A stretch of 51,196 nucleotides of DNA from Candidatus Omnitrophota bacterium (GTDB taxonomy: Bacteria > Omnitrophota > Gorgyraeia > 2-01-FULL-45-10). Below the pieces are notes generated by a model. That model made no database searches and was not told the origin of the DNA. It saw only the letters and a list, made by a program, of their open reading frames with translations. The stretch is from NCBI GenBank assembly GCA_020057115.1, contig JAGVGJ010000005.1, positions 1-51,196 of the forward strand, given 5' to 3'. Of the stretch, positions 9,183 through 19,002 are shown piece by piece; the first letter of the stretch is position 1; the number at the start of each line of letters is the position of its first letter. The position numbers and the translations under genes were made by a program.

Positions 9183-9592
9183 AGAAGACACGGACCAGAA
9201 GATCGGTCGTAACATCCGCTAAAAAGAAAGTAATGATAGTGGATGATGACAAGGACTTTCTTGAAGAGGTGCGGGAGATGCTGGTCGAACACGGTTACAA
9301 CACCATCCTGGCCACTAGCGGCGCTACGGTCTCGCGCAGCGCGAAAAGGCTGAAGCCCGACGTCATATTACTCGATATCGTAATGCGTGATATGAACGGT
9401 TTTCAGGTAGCTGGAAACCTGAACGAATCGCCCGAAACGGCAAAGATCCCGGTGATAGCCATAACAGGATGGTTTATAAGAGAAGAGCACAACAGGCTCA
9501 TGAATACGCTTGGCATAAAAGCCATATTGATGAAACCTTTCAAGCCCCTGGACCTTGTATCAAGCATAGAGGGCGTATCGGGCCGCGCTTAA
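9161..9592 (+). CDS. Single-domain response regulator receiver
   Basis: VMIVDDD, LLDIVM, AITG, MKPF; ATG 9161 has AAGGAG RBS. Confidence 0.85.
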   Translation: MDAKRKLKKTRTRRSVVTSAKKKVMIVDDDKDFLEEVREMLVEHGYNTILATSGATVSRSAKRLKPDVILLDIVMRDMNGFQVAGNLNESPETAKIPVIAITGWFIREEHNRLMNTLGIKAILMKPFKPLDLVSSIEGVSGRA

Positions 9593-9599
9593 AAAAACA

Positions 9600-9628
9600 T
9601 TGATATAATATGCCCCAGCCGTTATAAT
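9600..9628 (+). promoter_or_regulatory. Sigma70-type promoter of the hyf-like operon
   Basis: TTGATA (9600-9605), 17-bp spacer, TATAAT (9623-9628). Confidence 0.7.
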
Positions 9629-9697
9629 GATATAGTATCCTTGATATCGTAGACAGCGTTAGCGGTCGTACGGCAAAGGCTTTAAGGGCAAAACCAG

Positions 9698-9734
9698 AAA
9701 CCTTGATTGAGTACAGTCGGGGTTTTTTCTTTTT
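9698..9734 (+). terminator. Leader terminator (attenuator-like) before the first operon gene
   Basis: AAACCTTGATTG-agta-CAGTCGGGGTTT then TTTCTTTTT, ending 18 nt before ATG 9753. Confidence 0.65.
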
Positions 9735-9752
9735 ATAGGACCAGAGATCAAA

Positions 9753-11588
9753 ATGGGGCACTTCAATATTCCGGGATTATTTTTATTCGATCCGCTATCT
9801 TTGTTCTTCCTGTCGGTGATAGCGCTCGTCTCCGCTCCCTCAGCTGTCTATTCCATCGGATATCTGAAAGGAGAGAGCTCTAAGCGCAAGATCGGCCTTG
9901 CTCGGCTCCTTTTGGCCATTTTTCTGGCATCGATGGCATTGGTCGTGAGCGTTAAAAATGTCTTTATCTTTCTCGTAGCATGGGAGATCATGTCGCTCGT
10001 CTCATATTTTCTCGTAGTATTTGACACTACCCACGAAAAGTCTATCCGGGCAGGGATGATCTACATAGTGATGACGCATATAGGGACCGCCTTCCTAGTT
10101 GCGGCATTCGCGCTGATGTATAAATACGCGCATTCATTCGATTTCACCGCGATAAAAAGCGCTTCGCTGACGATGCCGGCGCAGATACGGAACGCGATAT
10201 TTTTGTTGCTTCTTGTGGGGTTCGGGACCAAGGCCGGCATAGTGCCTTTGCATATCTGGTTACCATACGCTCATCCTCAGGCTCCGAGCCATATCTCAAG
10301 TATCATGTCAGGCGTGATGATCAAGACCGCGATATACGGGATGATCCGTTTTATACTGTTCATTCTGGGAGTGGATTCTTGCTGGTGGGGCGTGCTGGTA
10401 TTGACTATTGCATTGACCTCGTGCCTTGTCGGAATAATCTACGCGCTTATGGATAAGGACTTGAAGAGGCTGCTTGCGTATTCCAGCATAGAGAATATCG
10501 GCGTCATCTTGTTGGGGGTGGGGTTGTCGATGTTCTTCGCCAGCATAAAGATGCCGTATTTAGCCGTATTTTCGCTCATAGCGGGCTTATATCATTTGAT
10601 CAACCACGCGATCTTCAAGGGGCTTCTATTCTTATGCGCGGGCAGCGTATATAAAGCCACAGGGACACGCGACATCGAAAAGCTGGGCGGGCTTATCAAG
10701 AATATGCCCCAGACATCGGCATGCTTTTTATTGGGCGCAATGGCGATCTCCGCCTTGCCGCCATTGAACGGTTTTGTGAGCGAGTGGCTGACCTTACAGG
10801 CCTTCTTCCTGGGGGCCTCCGCCGTAACAGGGCCCGCCAGGCTTTTTCTAGGCATCTCGGCAGGTCTCCTGGCCTTGACCGGAGGCTTGGCCGCCGCGTG
10901 CTTTGTCAAGGCTTTCGGAGTGACATTCCTTGCGCTTCCAAGAAGCCGCTTCGCCGAGAACGCGAAAGAGGTTCCTTTATCCATGAGGGCCGGGATGTTC
11001 TTCCTGGCGGCTATGACCGTGATCTTTGGTTTAGCGGCATCTCCGATAGTAAGAACATTAGCAAAGGTTGCGGGATCGGCTACAGGTATCGATGTCGGGA
11101 AGATGGCTTTCTGCGTAAATAATTTTATGTTAAGTCCGCAGCCGGGGAGAGGCATCTATCTCTCCACGCCTTTATTGTGCCTTATACTAGCCGCGTTCGG
11201 GCTCGTGGGTTTCGCCGCTTATATGCTTATAGGAAGACGGAAGGCTGTCATATGCAAGACCTGGGATTGCGGTTACTATAAATTTGGTTCCCGCAACGAA
11301 TATACCGCAACCGCTTTTTCAAAACCTTTCAGGATAGCGTTCAGTTTTTTTCTTTTGCCTTACCGGAAAACACAAAAGATCAGGGAGTCTTTTTATCATA
11401 TCAGGTCTTTTGAGTATGAGACGCACACGACCAAAGTATTTAAGAAATACATCTATGAACCGGCTATCGCCCTGGTCTTCAGGTCCGCAAGATCCATGAA
11501 AAGGATCCAGCCGGGCAGCATCCATCTATATCTTTCATATATATTTGTTACGATGCTGTTACTCATCATATTCATGCACAAATTTTAA
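9753..11588 (+). CDS. hyfB: HyfB-like proton-translocating antiporter-like subunit
   Basis: WEIMSL, GTKAG.VPLHIWLPYAHPQAPS, LKRLLAYSSIEN, PPLNGFVSEW. Confidence 0.88.
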   Translation: MGHFNIPGLFLFDPLSLFFLSVIALVSAPSAVYSIGYLKGESSKRKIGLARLLLAIFLASMALVVSVKNVFIFLVAWEIMSLVSYFLVVFDTTHEKSIRAGMIYIVMTHIGTAFLVAAFALMYKYAHSFDFTAIKSASLTMPAQIRNAIFLLLLVGFGTKAGIVPLHIWLPYAHPQAPSHISSIMSGVMIKTAIYGMIRFILFILGVDSCWWGVLVLTIALTSCLVGIIYALMDKDLKRLLAYSSIENIGVILLGVGLSMFFASIKMPYLAVFSLIAGLYHLINHAIFKGLLFLCAGSVYKATGTRDIEKLGGLIKNMPQTSACFLLGAMAISALPPLNGFVSEWLTLQAFFLGASAVTGPARLFLGISAGLLALTGGLAAACFVKAFGVTFLALPRSRFAENAKEVPLSMRAGMFFLAAMTVIFGLAASPIVRTLAKVAGSATGIDVGKMAFCVNNFMLSPQPGRGIYLSTPLLCLILAAFGLVGFAAYMLIGRRKAVICKTWDCGYYKFGSRNEYTATAFSKPFRIAFSFFLLPYRKTQKIRESFYHIRSFEYETHTTKVFKKYIYEPAIALVFRSARSMKRIQPGSIHLYLSYIFVTMLLLIIFMHKF

Positions 11589-11592
11589 AGCT

Positions 11593-12513
11593 ATGAAGAT
11601 ACTCATAATTTTATTGCAAACGGCTTTTTTTATCGGGACCGCACCCATTCTAAGCGGCCTCATCACAAAGGTAAAGAACAACATCAGGATGCGTAAAGGT
11701 CCCAGCGTCCTCCAGCCGTATTACAACCTTGCAAAGCTTTTTTCGAAAGGGGAGGTGGTGTCAGATACCGCCTCCTGGATATTCAGAGCAACCCCTTTTA
11801 TGGTCATATCCTCTTCGCTTGCGGCAGCCATGCTGATACCGATACTTGTTCCTTCCGGATCCATGTATCATATGGGAGATTTTTTAGCGCTCATATTCAT
11901 TTTAACTTTGGGCCGCTTTTTCCTTGCCCTCTCAGGCCTGGACACGGGGAGTTCTTTTGGCGGTATGGGCTCATCAAGGGAGATGTTCATATCGAGCCTG
12001 GCCGAACCGGCGGCATGCCTTGTGATATTTTCTCTGTATCTGCAATTTGGAGCTACGAATATATCGGCTTTCGGCGGAGCAGGCAGATTATCCGTCGCTT
12101 CTCTTGTAGCCGGTATCGCGCTATTTCTTGTAACTATCGCGGAGACTTCGCGCATACCGGTAGATAACCAGGAGACGCACCTTGAATTGACCATGACGCA
12201 CGAGGCGATGGTGCTGGAATATTCAGGAAGGTCGCTCGCAATGCTGGAGATGGCTTCCTATATAAAACAGATGATATGGTTCTTTCTTGTCGCCCAGATC
12301 ATGTTTCCGGTAGCGATGCCCGCTTCAGGCGATATCGCGCAACTTGCTTTCCGGACCTTGTGGTATTTCGCCAGAATACTCATCATAGCTGCAGCAGTGG
12401 CTCTGGTAGAGATCTCTCTTGCCAAGATGCGATTGTTCAGGGTGGCTGATTTTCTCGGATTCGCTTTTGTGTTGTCGATCGTCGCAACAGTATGCGCGAT
12501 CCTGGGGGTTTAG
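11593..12513 (+). CDS. hyfC: HyfC/HycD-like (NuoH family) membrane subunit
   Basis: GPSVLQPY, FGGMGSSRE, RIPVDN.ETHLELTM.HEAMVLEYSG. Confidence 0.88.
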   Translation: MKILIILLQTAFFIGTAPILSGLITKVKNNIRMRKGPSVLQPYYNLAKLFSKGEVVSDTASWIFRATPFMVISSSLAAAMLIPILVPSGSMYHMGDFLALIFILTLGRFFLALSGLDTGSSFGGMGSSREMFISSLAEPAACLVIFSLYLQFGATNISAFGGAGRLSVASLVAGIALFLVTIAETSRIPVDNQETHLELTMTHEAMVLEYSGRSLAMLEMASYIKQMIWFFLVAQIMFPVAMPASGDIAQLAFRTLWYFARILIIAAAVALVEISLAKMRLFRVADFLGFAFVLSIVATVCAILGV

Positions 12514-12514
12514 C

Positions 12515-13150
12515 ATGCACGTGATAATGTTATTCGGAGTCCTTCTTTCATCATATCTTATGGTCGCGACCAAGCGGATATCAGCCTTGATACGTACTTT
12601 CCGTTACCAGTCATTATTCTTATTTATGGCGACTTTCGCCGTCGCTCTTAAAGAGCGTCAAGCTGAGCTTTATGCGATCGCAGGGCTATTGCTCGTCATA
12701 AAAGTGCTCGCCATCCCGCATTTCCTGTATCGGATCATAAAAAGGATAAGGCCCAGCGAGGATCTCGGATTATTCATTAACGCTCAGCTATCCCTCGCAT
12801 GCGCCCTTTCTTTTACATGGCTGTCGTGGGTTTTTACCTCACGCCTTATAACCCCGCCCGGTGGAACGCAAGGCATCATGATCACAGTGGCATTTTCAGT
12901 AGTGCTGGCAGGGATATTCATAATGGTGTCCAGGATGATGGCGCTTGCCCAGATAATAGGGCTGCTCGTAATGGAGAACGGCTTATTCCTCCTTGCATCA
13001 ACGGTTTCGGGCGGCATGCCGTTCTTTGTCGAGATAGCCATATTCTTTGACGTATTCGTAAGCGTTATCATCATGGGTATCTTTGTCTACAGGATAAACA
13101 AGCTCTTTACGCACATAGACGTGAATAAGCTTTCGAGTTTAAAAGGGTAA
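12515..13150 (+). CDS. hyfE: HyfE-like membrane subunit
   Basis: QIIGLLVMENG, GMPFFVE..IFFDV, C-terminal LSSLKG. Confidence 0.85.
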   Translation: MHVIMLFGVLLSSYLMVATKRISALIRTFRYQSLFLFMATFAVALKERQAELYAIAGLLLVIKVLAIPHFLYRIIKRIRPSEDLGLFINAQLSLACALSFTWLSWVFTSRLITPPGGTQGIMITVAFSVVLAGIFIMVSRMMALAQIIGLLVMENGLFLLASTVSGGMPFFVEIAIFFDVFVSVIIMGIFVYRINKLFTHIDVNKLSSLKG

Positions 13151-13156
13151 ACGCAT

Positions 13157-14617
13157 ATGCAGATATTTTTTATTCTTGGCATACCGCTCCTCCTGGGGAT
13201 AGCGGCTATCCTAGTTAAGAAAGAGCGGGCCTTCGGGATAATCAATGCTATAGGGCACCTGGCCGTCTTATCTTTAAGCGTCGTTCTTTTTAAAGATCTT
13301 ATACTGTCGGGCCGGACATATTCATATTTCGGTTTCATATATCTCGATGCATTGGGCGCGTTCTTCATATTTGTGATCTCGGTCGTTTCCTTTGCCGCGG
13401 CTCTCTATTCAATAGGCTATATCAGGGATGAAGTAGGGGAGGCCTTGATATCGGAGAAGAAGGCGGGATTATATTATGCGCTTTTCAATCTATTCTGCTT
13501 TTCAATGTTCTTCGTCCCCGCGGTTAACAATCTGGGGATGCTATGGGTGGCCATCGAAATGACCACTCTTATTTCGGCATTCCTCGTAGGGTTCCACAAT
13601 ACAAAAGATTCTGTCGAAGCCGCCTGGAAATATATAATCATCTGCTCGGTAGGCATAATCTTTGCGCTCTTAGGCACCATCCTATTCTCTTACGCGTTTT
13701 CGCTTTCCTCAGGGGGAATGAAGAGCCTGAACTGGTCAGACATGGCCGCCTCCGCCTCCGGGATGGACAAAAATATCATGAAGACCGCTTTCATCTTTAT
13801 CTTGGTCGGATACGGCACAAAGGCCGGGCTCGCGCCCATGCATACATGGCTTCCCGACGCGCACAGCCAGGCGGTCGCGCCTATAAGTGCGCTCCTTTCC
13901 GGGGTCTTATTAAAGACCGCGATCTACGCGATCTTAAGGTTCGGCATTATAGTGATAAAAGGCGCGGGGTTCCAGTATTTCGGAAATCTGATGATCCTCT
14001 TGGGGCTCGTATCGCTTATCATATCAAGCGGTTTTGTCCTGGTCCAGAAAGACCTGAAGCGGCTCCTTGCCTATTCAAGCATCGAACATGTCGGGATAAT
14101 AGCTATCGGTTTCGGCCTGGGCACGCCTCTGGCATTCGCCGGGGCGTTATTACATATCTTTAACCACGCGGTTACCAAATCGATGATGTTCTTCGGAGGA
14201 GGTCAGATAGTCAGCGCCTACAAGACGCATAATATGAATGATATCCGCGGCGTGATAAAGTCGATGCCTTTCGTAGGCATAATGACGCTTCTCGGAGTAT
14301 TCGCGCTGACAGGGTTGCCGCCATTTTCCATATTCATAAGTGAGATAATGATCATCATCGCCGCTTTTGTCAAAGGCTCGTATCTGGTCGCGGCTTTGTT
14401 ATTATTGCTACTAGCCGTTATTTTCGGCGCGTTCATCTATCATTTCGGGAATATGTTCTTCGGGAAATTGCCGAAGGATATGACTGTAAGGACAGAGCGC
14501 TTGAGCGGGAAACTGGCGTTCCTGTTCTTATTCTTCCAGATCTGCGCGGTCGGGCTTCTCTTGCCATTCATTAAAAAGGACCTGTTATGGATCACCCAGA
14601 GATTGTTTCACATATAA
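13157..14617 (+). CDS. hyfF: HyfF-like antiporter-like subunit
   Basis: WVAIEMTTL, EAAWKY, GYGTKAGLAPMHTWLPDAHSQA, KRLLAYSSIEH. Confidence 0.88.
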   Translation: MQIFFILGIPLLLGIAAILVKKERAFGIINAIGHLAVLSLSVVLFKDLILSGRTYSYFGFIYLDALGAFFIFVISVVSFAAALYSIGYIRDEVGEALISEKKAGLYYALFNLFCFSMFFVPAVNNLGMLWVAIEMTTLISAFLVGFHNTKDSVEAAWKYIIICSVGIIFALLGTILFSYAFSLSSGGMKSLNWSDMAASASGMDKNIMKTAFIFILVGYGTKAGLAPMHTWLPDAHSQAVAPISALLSGVLLKTAIYAILRFGIIVIKGAGFQYFGNLMILLGLVSLIISSGFVLVQKDLKRLLAYSSIEHVGIIAIGFGLGTPLAFAGALLHIFNHAVTKSMMFFGGGQIVSAYKTHNMNDIRGVIKSMPFVGIMTLLGVFALTGLPPFSIFISEIMIIIAAFVKGSYLVAALLLLLLAVIFGAFIYHFGNMFFGKLPKDMTVRTERLSGKLAFLFLFFQICAVGLLLPFIKKDLLWITQRLFHI

Positions 14618-16164
14618 GGGATAAGTTCCCAGGAGATCGCGTATCTTTAGATCCGCACGCTTATCCTGATGAACTGCGCATGCATGCAAGCCCCGAAAGT
14701 TTTAAGGGCGTATGCCTTGAGCTTCATAAGATCCTTTCTTCGCCCGTCATGATGCTGTTCGCGCTTGATGAGCGAGCGAAGTTAAATAAATTTGTCATAA
14801 ATTGCGTCTTCGCGGATATGAAAAAAAGCCGATGGATCATAGTAAGCATGGATACGCCTCCGGATAAAGCTTGCTTTGATTCTCTCTCAAAAGACATATA
14901 CTCAGCGAGCCTGTTCGAAAGAGAGATAAAGGAGATGTTCGGCATCGAACCAACGGGTAATCCTGACCCCAGAAGGCTTAACCTGCACGATGAGGTCTGG
15001 CCGCAGGGGAACTATCCGCTTCGTAAGGATTTTGTAAAGATGCAGGATGGCCCGCGCGGCGACTACAGATTTAACAGGGTAGAAGGCTCCGGGGTCTTCG
15101 AAGTGCCTGTCGGCCCGGTGCATGCAGGGATCATAGGCCCGGGCCATTTTCGCTTCAGCGTTGCCGGAGAACCCATTATAAACCTGGAGACAAGATTTGG
15201 TTTCACTCACCGCGGAGCGGAGAAGCTATTTGAGGGGAGGCCTTATCCGGAGGCGGTGCGTATCTCCGAATGTATTTCAGGCGATTCGGCTTTTGCGCAT
15301 AGCCTGGCTTTTATAAATGCGGCTGAAAAGATCGTCGGAGTGTCTGTTCCTGCCAAGGCAGCCTATACAAGAGGCATATTATTGGAACTCGAGAGGATGT
15401 ACAATCACGTAAATGATATCGGCGGGATCGCCATTGACGTGGGTTTTAGTTTTCCCGCCGCCTATGCTTCAATAATAAAAGAGGCGATATTGCAGCTGAA
15501 TGAAAAACTAACAGGAAGTAGATATCTGAAAAACGTCAATCTTGTCGGAGGCGTCTCTATAGATATAGACGAAACCGGGAAGCGCGCGCTGCTCGAGTCT
15601 CTTGGAAAGATAAAGCGGGATATTGAAGAGCTCGCCAGGATGCTGGAGGCAAGCGTCTCTTTCATGGACAGAGTTGATACTACCGGCGCTTTGAGAAGAA
15701 AGACCGCGGAGGATATCGGGGTGGTGGGGCTTGCCGCTCGCGCCTCAGGCATCCCCATGGACTTAAGGAAATATTTTCCGGGAATATACAAAGATGCGAA
15801 GTTCAATATGATCACGCAAGCCTCCGGTGATGTGCTGGCCAGGCTGAGGGTGAGGATCTCGGAGTCTGGCGAATCCTGCCGTTTGATCGAAGAGTTTGCC
15901 CGCGATCTCAAAGAAGGCGAAGAGATCAATGTTGTGCCCGAGTTAAGGGAGGGATGCGCCATCGGTTATACGGAAGGGTGGAGAGGCCCGGTTCTCTACT
16001 GGCTTAAGACGGATGCCGGCGGTTCTATTGAAAGATGCAAGATCGTAGATCCGTCCTTCCATAACTGGCAGGGCCTCTCATATGCGGTCCTGGGTAATAT
16101 CATACCGGACTTTCCGGTATGCAATAAAAGTTTTGATCTCTCTTATTCGGGAAATGACCTTTAA
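14587..16164 (+). CDS. HyfG/HycE-like large subunit (NuoC-D fusion) lacking NiFe CxxC ligands (EhrL type)
   Basis: PVGPVHAGII.PGHFRF, ELERMYNH, EGWRG, DPSFHNW; L1 site ECISGDSAFAH, L2 site DFPVCNKSFDLSYSGNDL. Confidence 0.85.
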   Translation: MDHPEIVSHIRDKFPGDRVSLDPHAYPDELRMHASPESFKGVCLELHKILSSPVMMLFALDERAKLNKFVINCVFADMKKSRWIIVSMDTPPDKACFDSLSKDIYSASLFEREIKEMFGIEPTGNPDPRRLNLHDEVWPQGNYPLRKDFVKMQDGPRGDYRFNRVEGSGVFEVPVGPVHAGIIGPGHFRFSVAGEPIINLETRFGFTHRGAEKLFEGRPYPEAVRISECISGDSAFAHSLAFINAAEKIVGVSVPAKAAYTRGILLELERMYNHVNDIGGIAIDVGFSFPAAYASIIKEAILQLNEKLTGSRYLKNVNLVGGVSIDIDETGKRALLESLGKIKRDIEELARMLEASVSFMDRVDTTGALRRKTAEDIGVVGLAARASGIPMDLRKYFPGIYKDAKFNMITQASGDVLARLRVRISESGESCRLIEEFARDLKEGEEINVVPELREGCAIGYTEGWRGPVLYWLKTDAGGSIERCKIVDPSFHNWQGLSYAVLGNIIPDFPVCNKSFDLSYSGNDL

Positions 16165-16166
16165 AT

Positions 16167-16679
16167 ATGAGACATATACTGAAGAACAGGATCTTAAAAG
16201 GCGTGGTTACCAGGCATATCGAGCCGGAACTGTCCAATGAGGTAGAAGCAGCAGGGCTTGAGCTCTTGACTGCGATCCGGAAGAGATTCGGCAGGTCTTT
16301 ACATGTGCGTGAAGTGGATACAGGCTCATGCGGCGCCTGCGAGTCAGAGATAATCTCGGCTAATAACCCTATATATGACCTGCAGAGGTTCGGTATAAAT
16401 TTTGTGGCATCGCCTCGTCATGCCGACGCGCTTCTGGTGACCGGGCCGGTATCGAAAAATATGCTGATCGCTTTAAAGAAGACCTATGATGCCATGCCCG
16501 AACCCAAATTTGTCATCACTTTCGGGGATTGCGCTCTCGATGGCGGCATTTTTAAAAATTCGTATTATGTCGAAGGCGTTATAAAAGATATATTGCCGGT
16601 AGCATTGCACATCCCGGGATGCCCGCCAAACCCCGCGATTATGATCAAGTCATTATTAGCTTTTCTTAAAGAGCAGTAA
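16167..16679 (+). CDS. HyfI/NuoB-like Fe-S small subunit
   Basis: GSCGACE, SPRHAD, GDC, PGCPP. Confidence 0.88.
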   Translation: MRHILKNRILKGVVTRHIEPELSNEVEAAGLELLTAIRKRFGRSLHVREVDTGSCGACESEIISANNPIYDLQRFGINFVASPRHADALLVTGPVSKNMLIALKKTYDAMPEPKFVITFGDCALDGGIFKNSYYVEGVIKDILPVALHIPGCPPNPAIMIKSLLAFLKEQ

Positions 16680-16680
16680 A

Positions 16681-16730
16681 AAATAGGGACAGCGACTATT
16701 TTTTGAAAAAAATAGTCGCTGTCCCTATTT
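16681..16730. terminator. Perfect ~23-24-bp inverted repeat, bidirectional terminator or REP-like element
   Basis: AAATAGGGACAGCGACTATTTTTT / AAAAAATAGTCGCTGTCCCTATTT. Confidence 0.75.
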
Positions 16731-16748
16731 ATTTGCTATAATAACGCC

Positions 16749-17696
16749 ATGTCAAAACAATTCATAAAAGACCTTAAGGTCGGCGACAGGGTGGCATCCG
16801 TCTATCTTTTGAAGAAGAAGGATATGCAGAAGACCAAGGAGGGCAAGTCATACTTGAGGCTTGCGGTCGCTGACAAGAGCGGTTCTATCGAGGGCGTGAT
16901 GTGGGATAATGCCGAGACTGCAGACGCCAATATTGAGCAGGGTTTGCCCGTATTTATCAAGGGAAGCGTAAGCTCATACAGGGAGAATGTCCAGCTCAAA
17001 GTAGACGAGGCCCGCCCCGCGGCGCAGGATACATACAAGATAGAGGACCTGATCAGGTCCGTTGAAAATATAGACGGCATATTCAGCAAGGTCAAGGCAT
17101 ACCTTTCCGCCATATCGAACAAGCCGCTTGCTGCTCTTATAAAAGAGTTCCTCGACGATAAGGACCTTGTGGAAAGCTTTAAGAGGTCTCCCGCGGCCAG
17201 AAGCTGGCACAATGCGTACATAGGCGGCCTTTTAGAGCATACATGGGAAGTCATGTATATAGTCGATAAGATGTGCGATATATATCCCCAGGCAAACCGC
17301 GGCATCGCCATAGCAGGCGCTTTTCTTCATGACATAGGAAAGACCGCGGAGCTTGACCCTGCGACATTCGAATATACCGTAGAGGGAGGGCTTATAGGCC
17401 ATCTGCCCCTCGGCTTTGAGATATTATCCGGGAAGATAGCCCGCATAGAAGGTTTTCCCAAGGAGACAGCCACGCACTTAAGGCATATAATCTTAAGCCA
17501 CCACGGCGAATACGAGCAGCAGTCCCCCGTATTGCCTAAGACGCTCGAGGCTACTATCGTCTATCACGCCGATGACCTTGTCTCCCAGGCCAATGCCGTC
17601 AAAGAGATAATAATGGCCCAGTCGCAAGGCGAGCGCGACTGGTCGAATTATGTTACGATAAAGTCGAGACAATATTTTTTAAGGAAACCCGAATAA
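16749..17696 (+). CDS. YhaM-like OB-fold + HD-domain 3'-5' exoribonuclease
   Basis: N-terminal OB fold (DKSGSIEG.MW), HNAYIGGLLEH, LHDIGK, SHHG, HADD. Confidence 0.85.
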   Translation: MSKQFIKDLKVGDRVASVYLLKKKDMQKTKEGKSYLRLAVADKSGSIEGVMWDNAETADANIEQGLPVFIKGSVSSYRENVQLKVDEARPAAQDTYKIEDLIRSVENIDGIFSKVKAYLSAISNKPLAALIKEFLDDKDLVESFKRSPAARSWHNAYIGGLLEHTWEVMYIVDKMCDIYPQANRGIAIAGAFLHDIGKTAELDPATFEYTVEGGLIGHLPLGFEILSGKIARIEGFPKETATHLRHIILSHHGEYEQQSPVLPKTLEATIVYHADDLVSQANAVKEIIMAQSQGERDWSNYVTIKSRQYFLRKPE

Positions 17697-17711
17697 GTTA
17701 AGGAGATTAAG

Positions 17712-18164
17712 ATGAGATCCTGCATAATATCGCTCGTGGTATTCATGATCGGCTGTGCGCTGGTCATTTCGGGGTGCGCTACTCCCATGGAGAGCCTGAA
17801 GATAGTAGCCGGCACCTCCACCAAGTCTATCGAGGATTCAAGGAAGGACGCTTTAGAGAAGGTCTTCGGTTATGACTATGGGACATGCTATGTAAAGACG
17901 GAATATGTCCTTAAAGCGATACCGAGGATCTCCATATACTCCAAGAACGAGGACATGATAGCCGTCAATTATAACAGCGTCAATGTCACGCCCGTCGGCG
18001 TATTCTTTACGGAAGTGGACCAGACGCACACGCGGGTAGAGATCTCGTCTCCGAGCCCTGAGGCCAGGGCGTATGTGGCTAAGAGCGTATTCGCCGGAGA
18101 GGTCCAGCCGGATACTGACAAATTGACGGTGGAAGTGCGCCAGCCTATCGCAGGCAAGTATTAG
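17712..18164 (+). CDS. Hypothetical lipoprotein
   Basis: Signal peptide with ISGC lipobox; AAGGAG RBS. Confidence 0.7.
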   Translation: MRSCIISLVVFMIGCALVISGCATPMESLKIVAGTSTKSIEDSRKDALEKVFGYDYGTCYVKTEYVLKAIPRISIYSKNEDMIAVNYNSVNVTPVGVFFTEVDQTHTRVEISSPSPEARAYVAKSVFAGEVQPDTDKLTVEVRQPIAGKY

Positions 18165-18180
18165 AAGAAAGGGTAGCTCC

Positions 18181-18987
18181 TTGAAACTTACCGTATCGCT
18201 CGCCCAGATAGATGTCATAAGATCAGATCCCGAAACCAACCTTAAAAAAGGCGAGGCCCTCATTGCAGAGGCAAGCCTTGGTCAGAGCGATATCATATGC
18301 TTCCCTGAGCTGTGGACTACCGGGCTTGACTGGGCCGCTAGTGAGCGCATAGCTGCTCTCCAGGGCGAGACTATAGAGCGTATAAGCGAGATGGCAAAGC
18401 GCTATCGCATCTGGATAAGCGGTTCTGTCCTGGAGCTCAATGAACGCGGCAGGCCGTCCAATACGCACATCCTTTTTGATCCATCCGGAAAACGCGCCGG
18501 GACATATAGAAAAACCCACCTGTTCAGCATGCTCCACGAAGATGAGCACATGGCTCCCGGGAATTCTTTGTGTCTTGTGGATACGCCATGGGGCCTGGTC
18601 GGGCTTTCGGTATGCTATGACATCCGTTTTCCGGAGCTATTCCGCACTTATGCCATTAAAGGCGCCAAGATCGTGATATCACCCATGGCATTTCCTTATC
18701 CGCGCGTAAACCACTGGAAAGTGCTGGTGCGCGCGCGGGCGATCGAAAATCAATTGTATATGATAGGCGTTAACCGCGTGGGCGCCGAAGATCTCGGCAA
18801 GGACGGGAATATTGCGTACTTCGGCGATTCTGTTATAATAGACCCGTGGGGCGAGACGGTGATCGAGGCAAAAGAGAAAGAAGAAGAGCTTGTCACGGCA
18901 TCCATAGATATGGATCGCGTAGATGAAGTCCGGGCCAGGATGAATGTCCTGAAAGACCGCCGGCCGGACCTGTACGAACTGAAATAA
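18181..18987 (+). CDS. Carbon-nitrogen hydrolase (nitrilase family, omega-amidase-like)
   Basis: Catalytic triad motifs FPE, YRKTHL, CYDIRFPE; RARAIENQ. Confidence 0.9.
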   Translation: MKLTVSLAQIDVIRSDPETNLKKGEALIAEASLGQSDIICFPELWTTGLDWAASERIAALQGETIERISEMAKRYRIWISGSVLELNERGRPSNTHILFDPSGKRAGTYRKTHLFSMLHEDEHMAPGNSLCLVDTPWGLVGLSVCYDIRFPELFRTYAIKGAKIVISPMAFPYPRVNHWKVLVRARAIENQLYMIGVNRVGAEDLGKDGNIAYFGDSVIIDPWGETVIEAKEKEEELVTASIDMDRVDEVRARMNVLKDRRPDLYELK

Positions 18988-19002
18988 AACAAGGAGGCAG
19001 TC

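Noticed and set aside
9686-9700. c-di-GMP-I riboswitch (GGGCAAAACC..GAAA) or ANTAR hairpins
   Set aside because: No GNRA-capped P2 stem or downstream GCAAA/P3 elements, and the hexaloop stems do not close
14587-16164. Functional NiFe hydrogenase-4 / formate hydrogenlyase
   Set aside because: Both CxxC ligand pairs are missing
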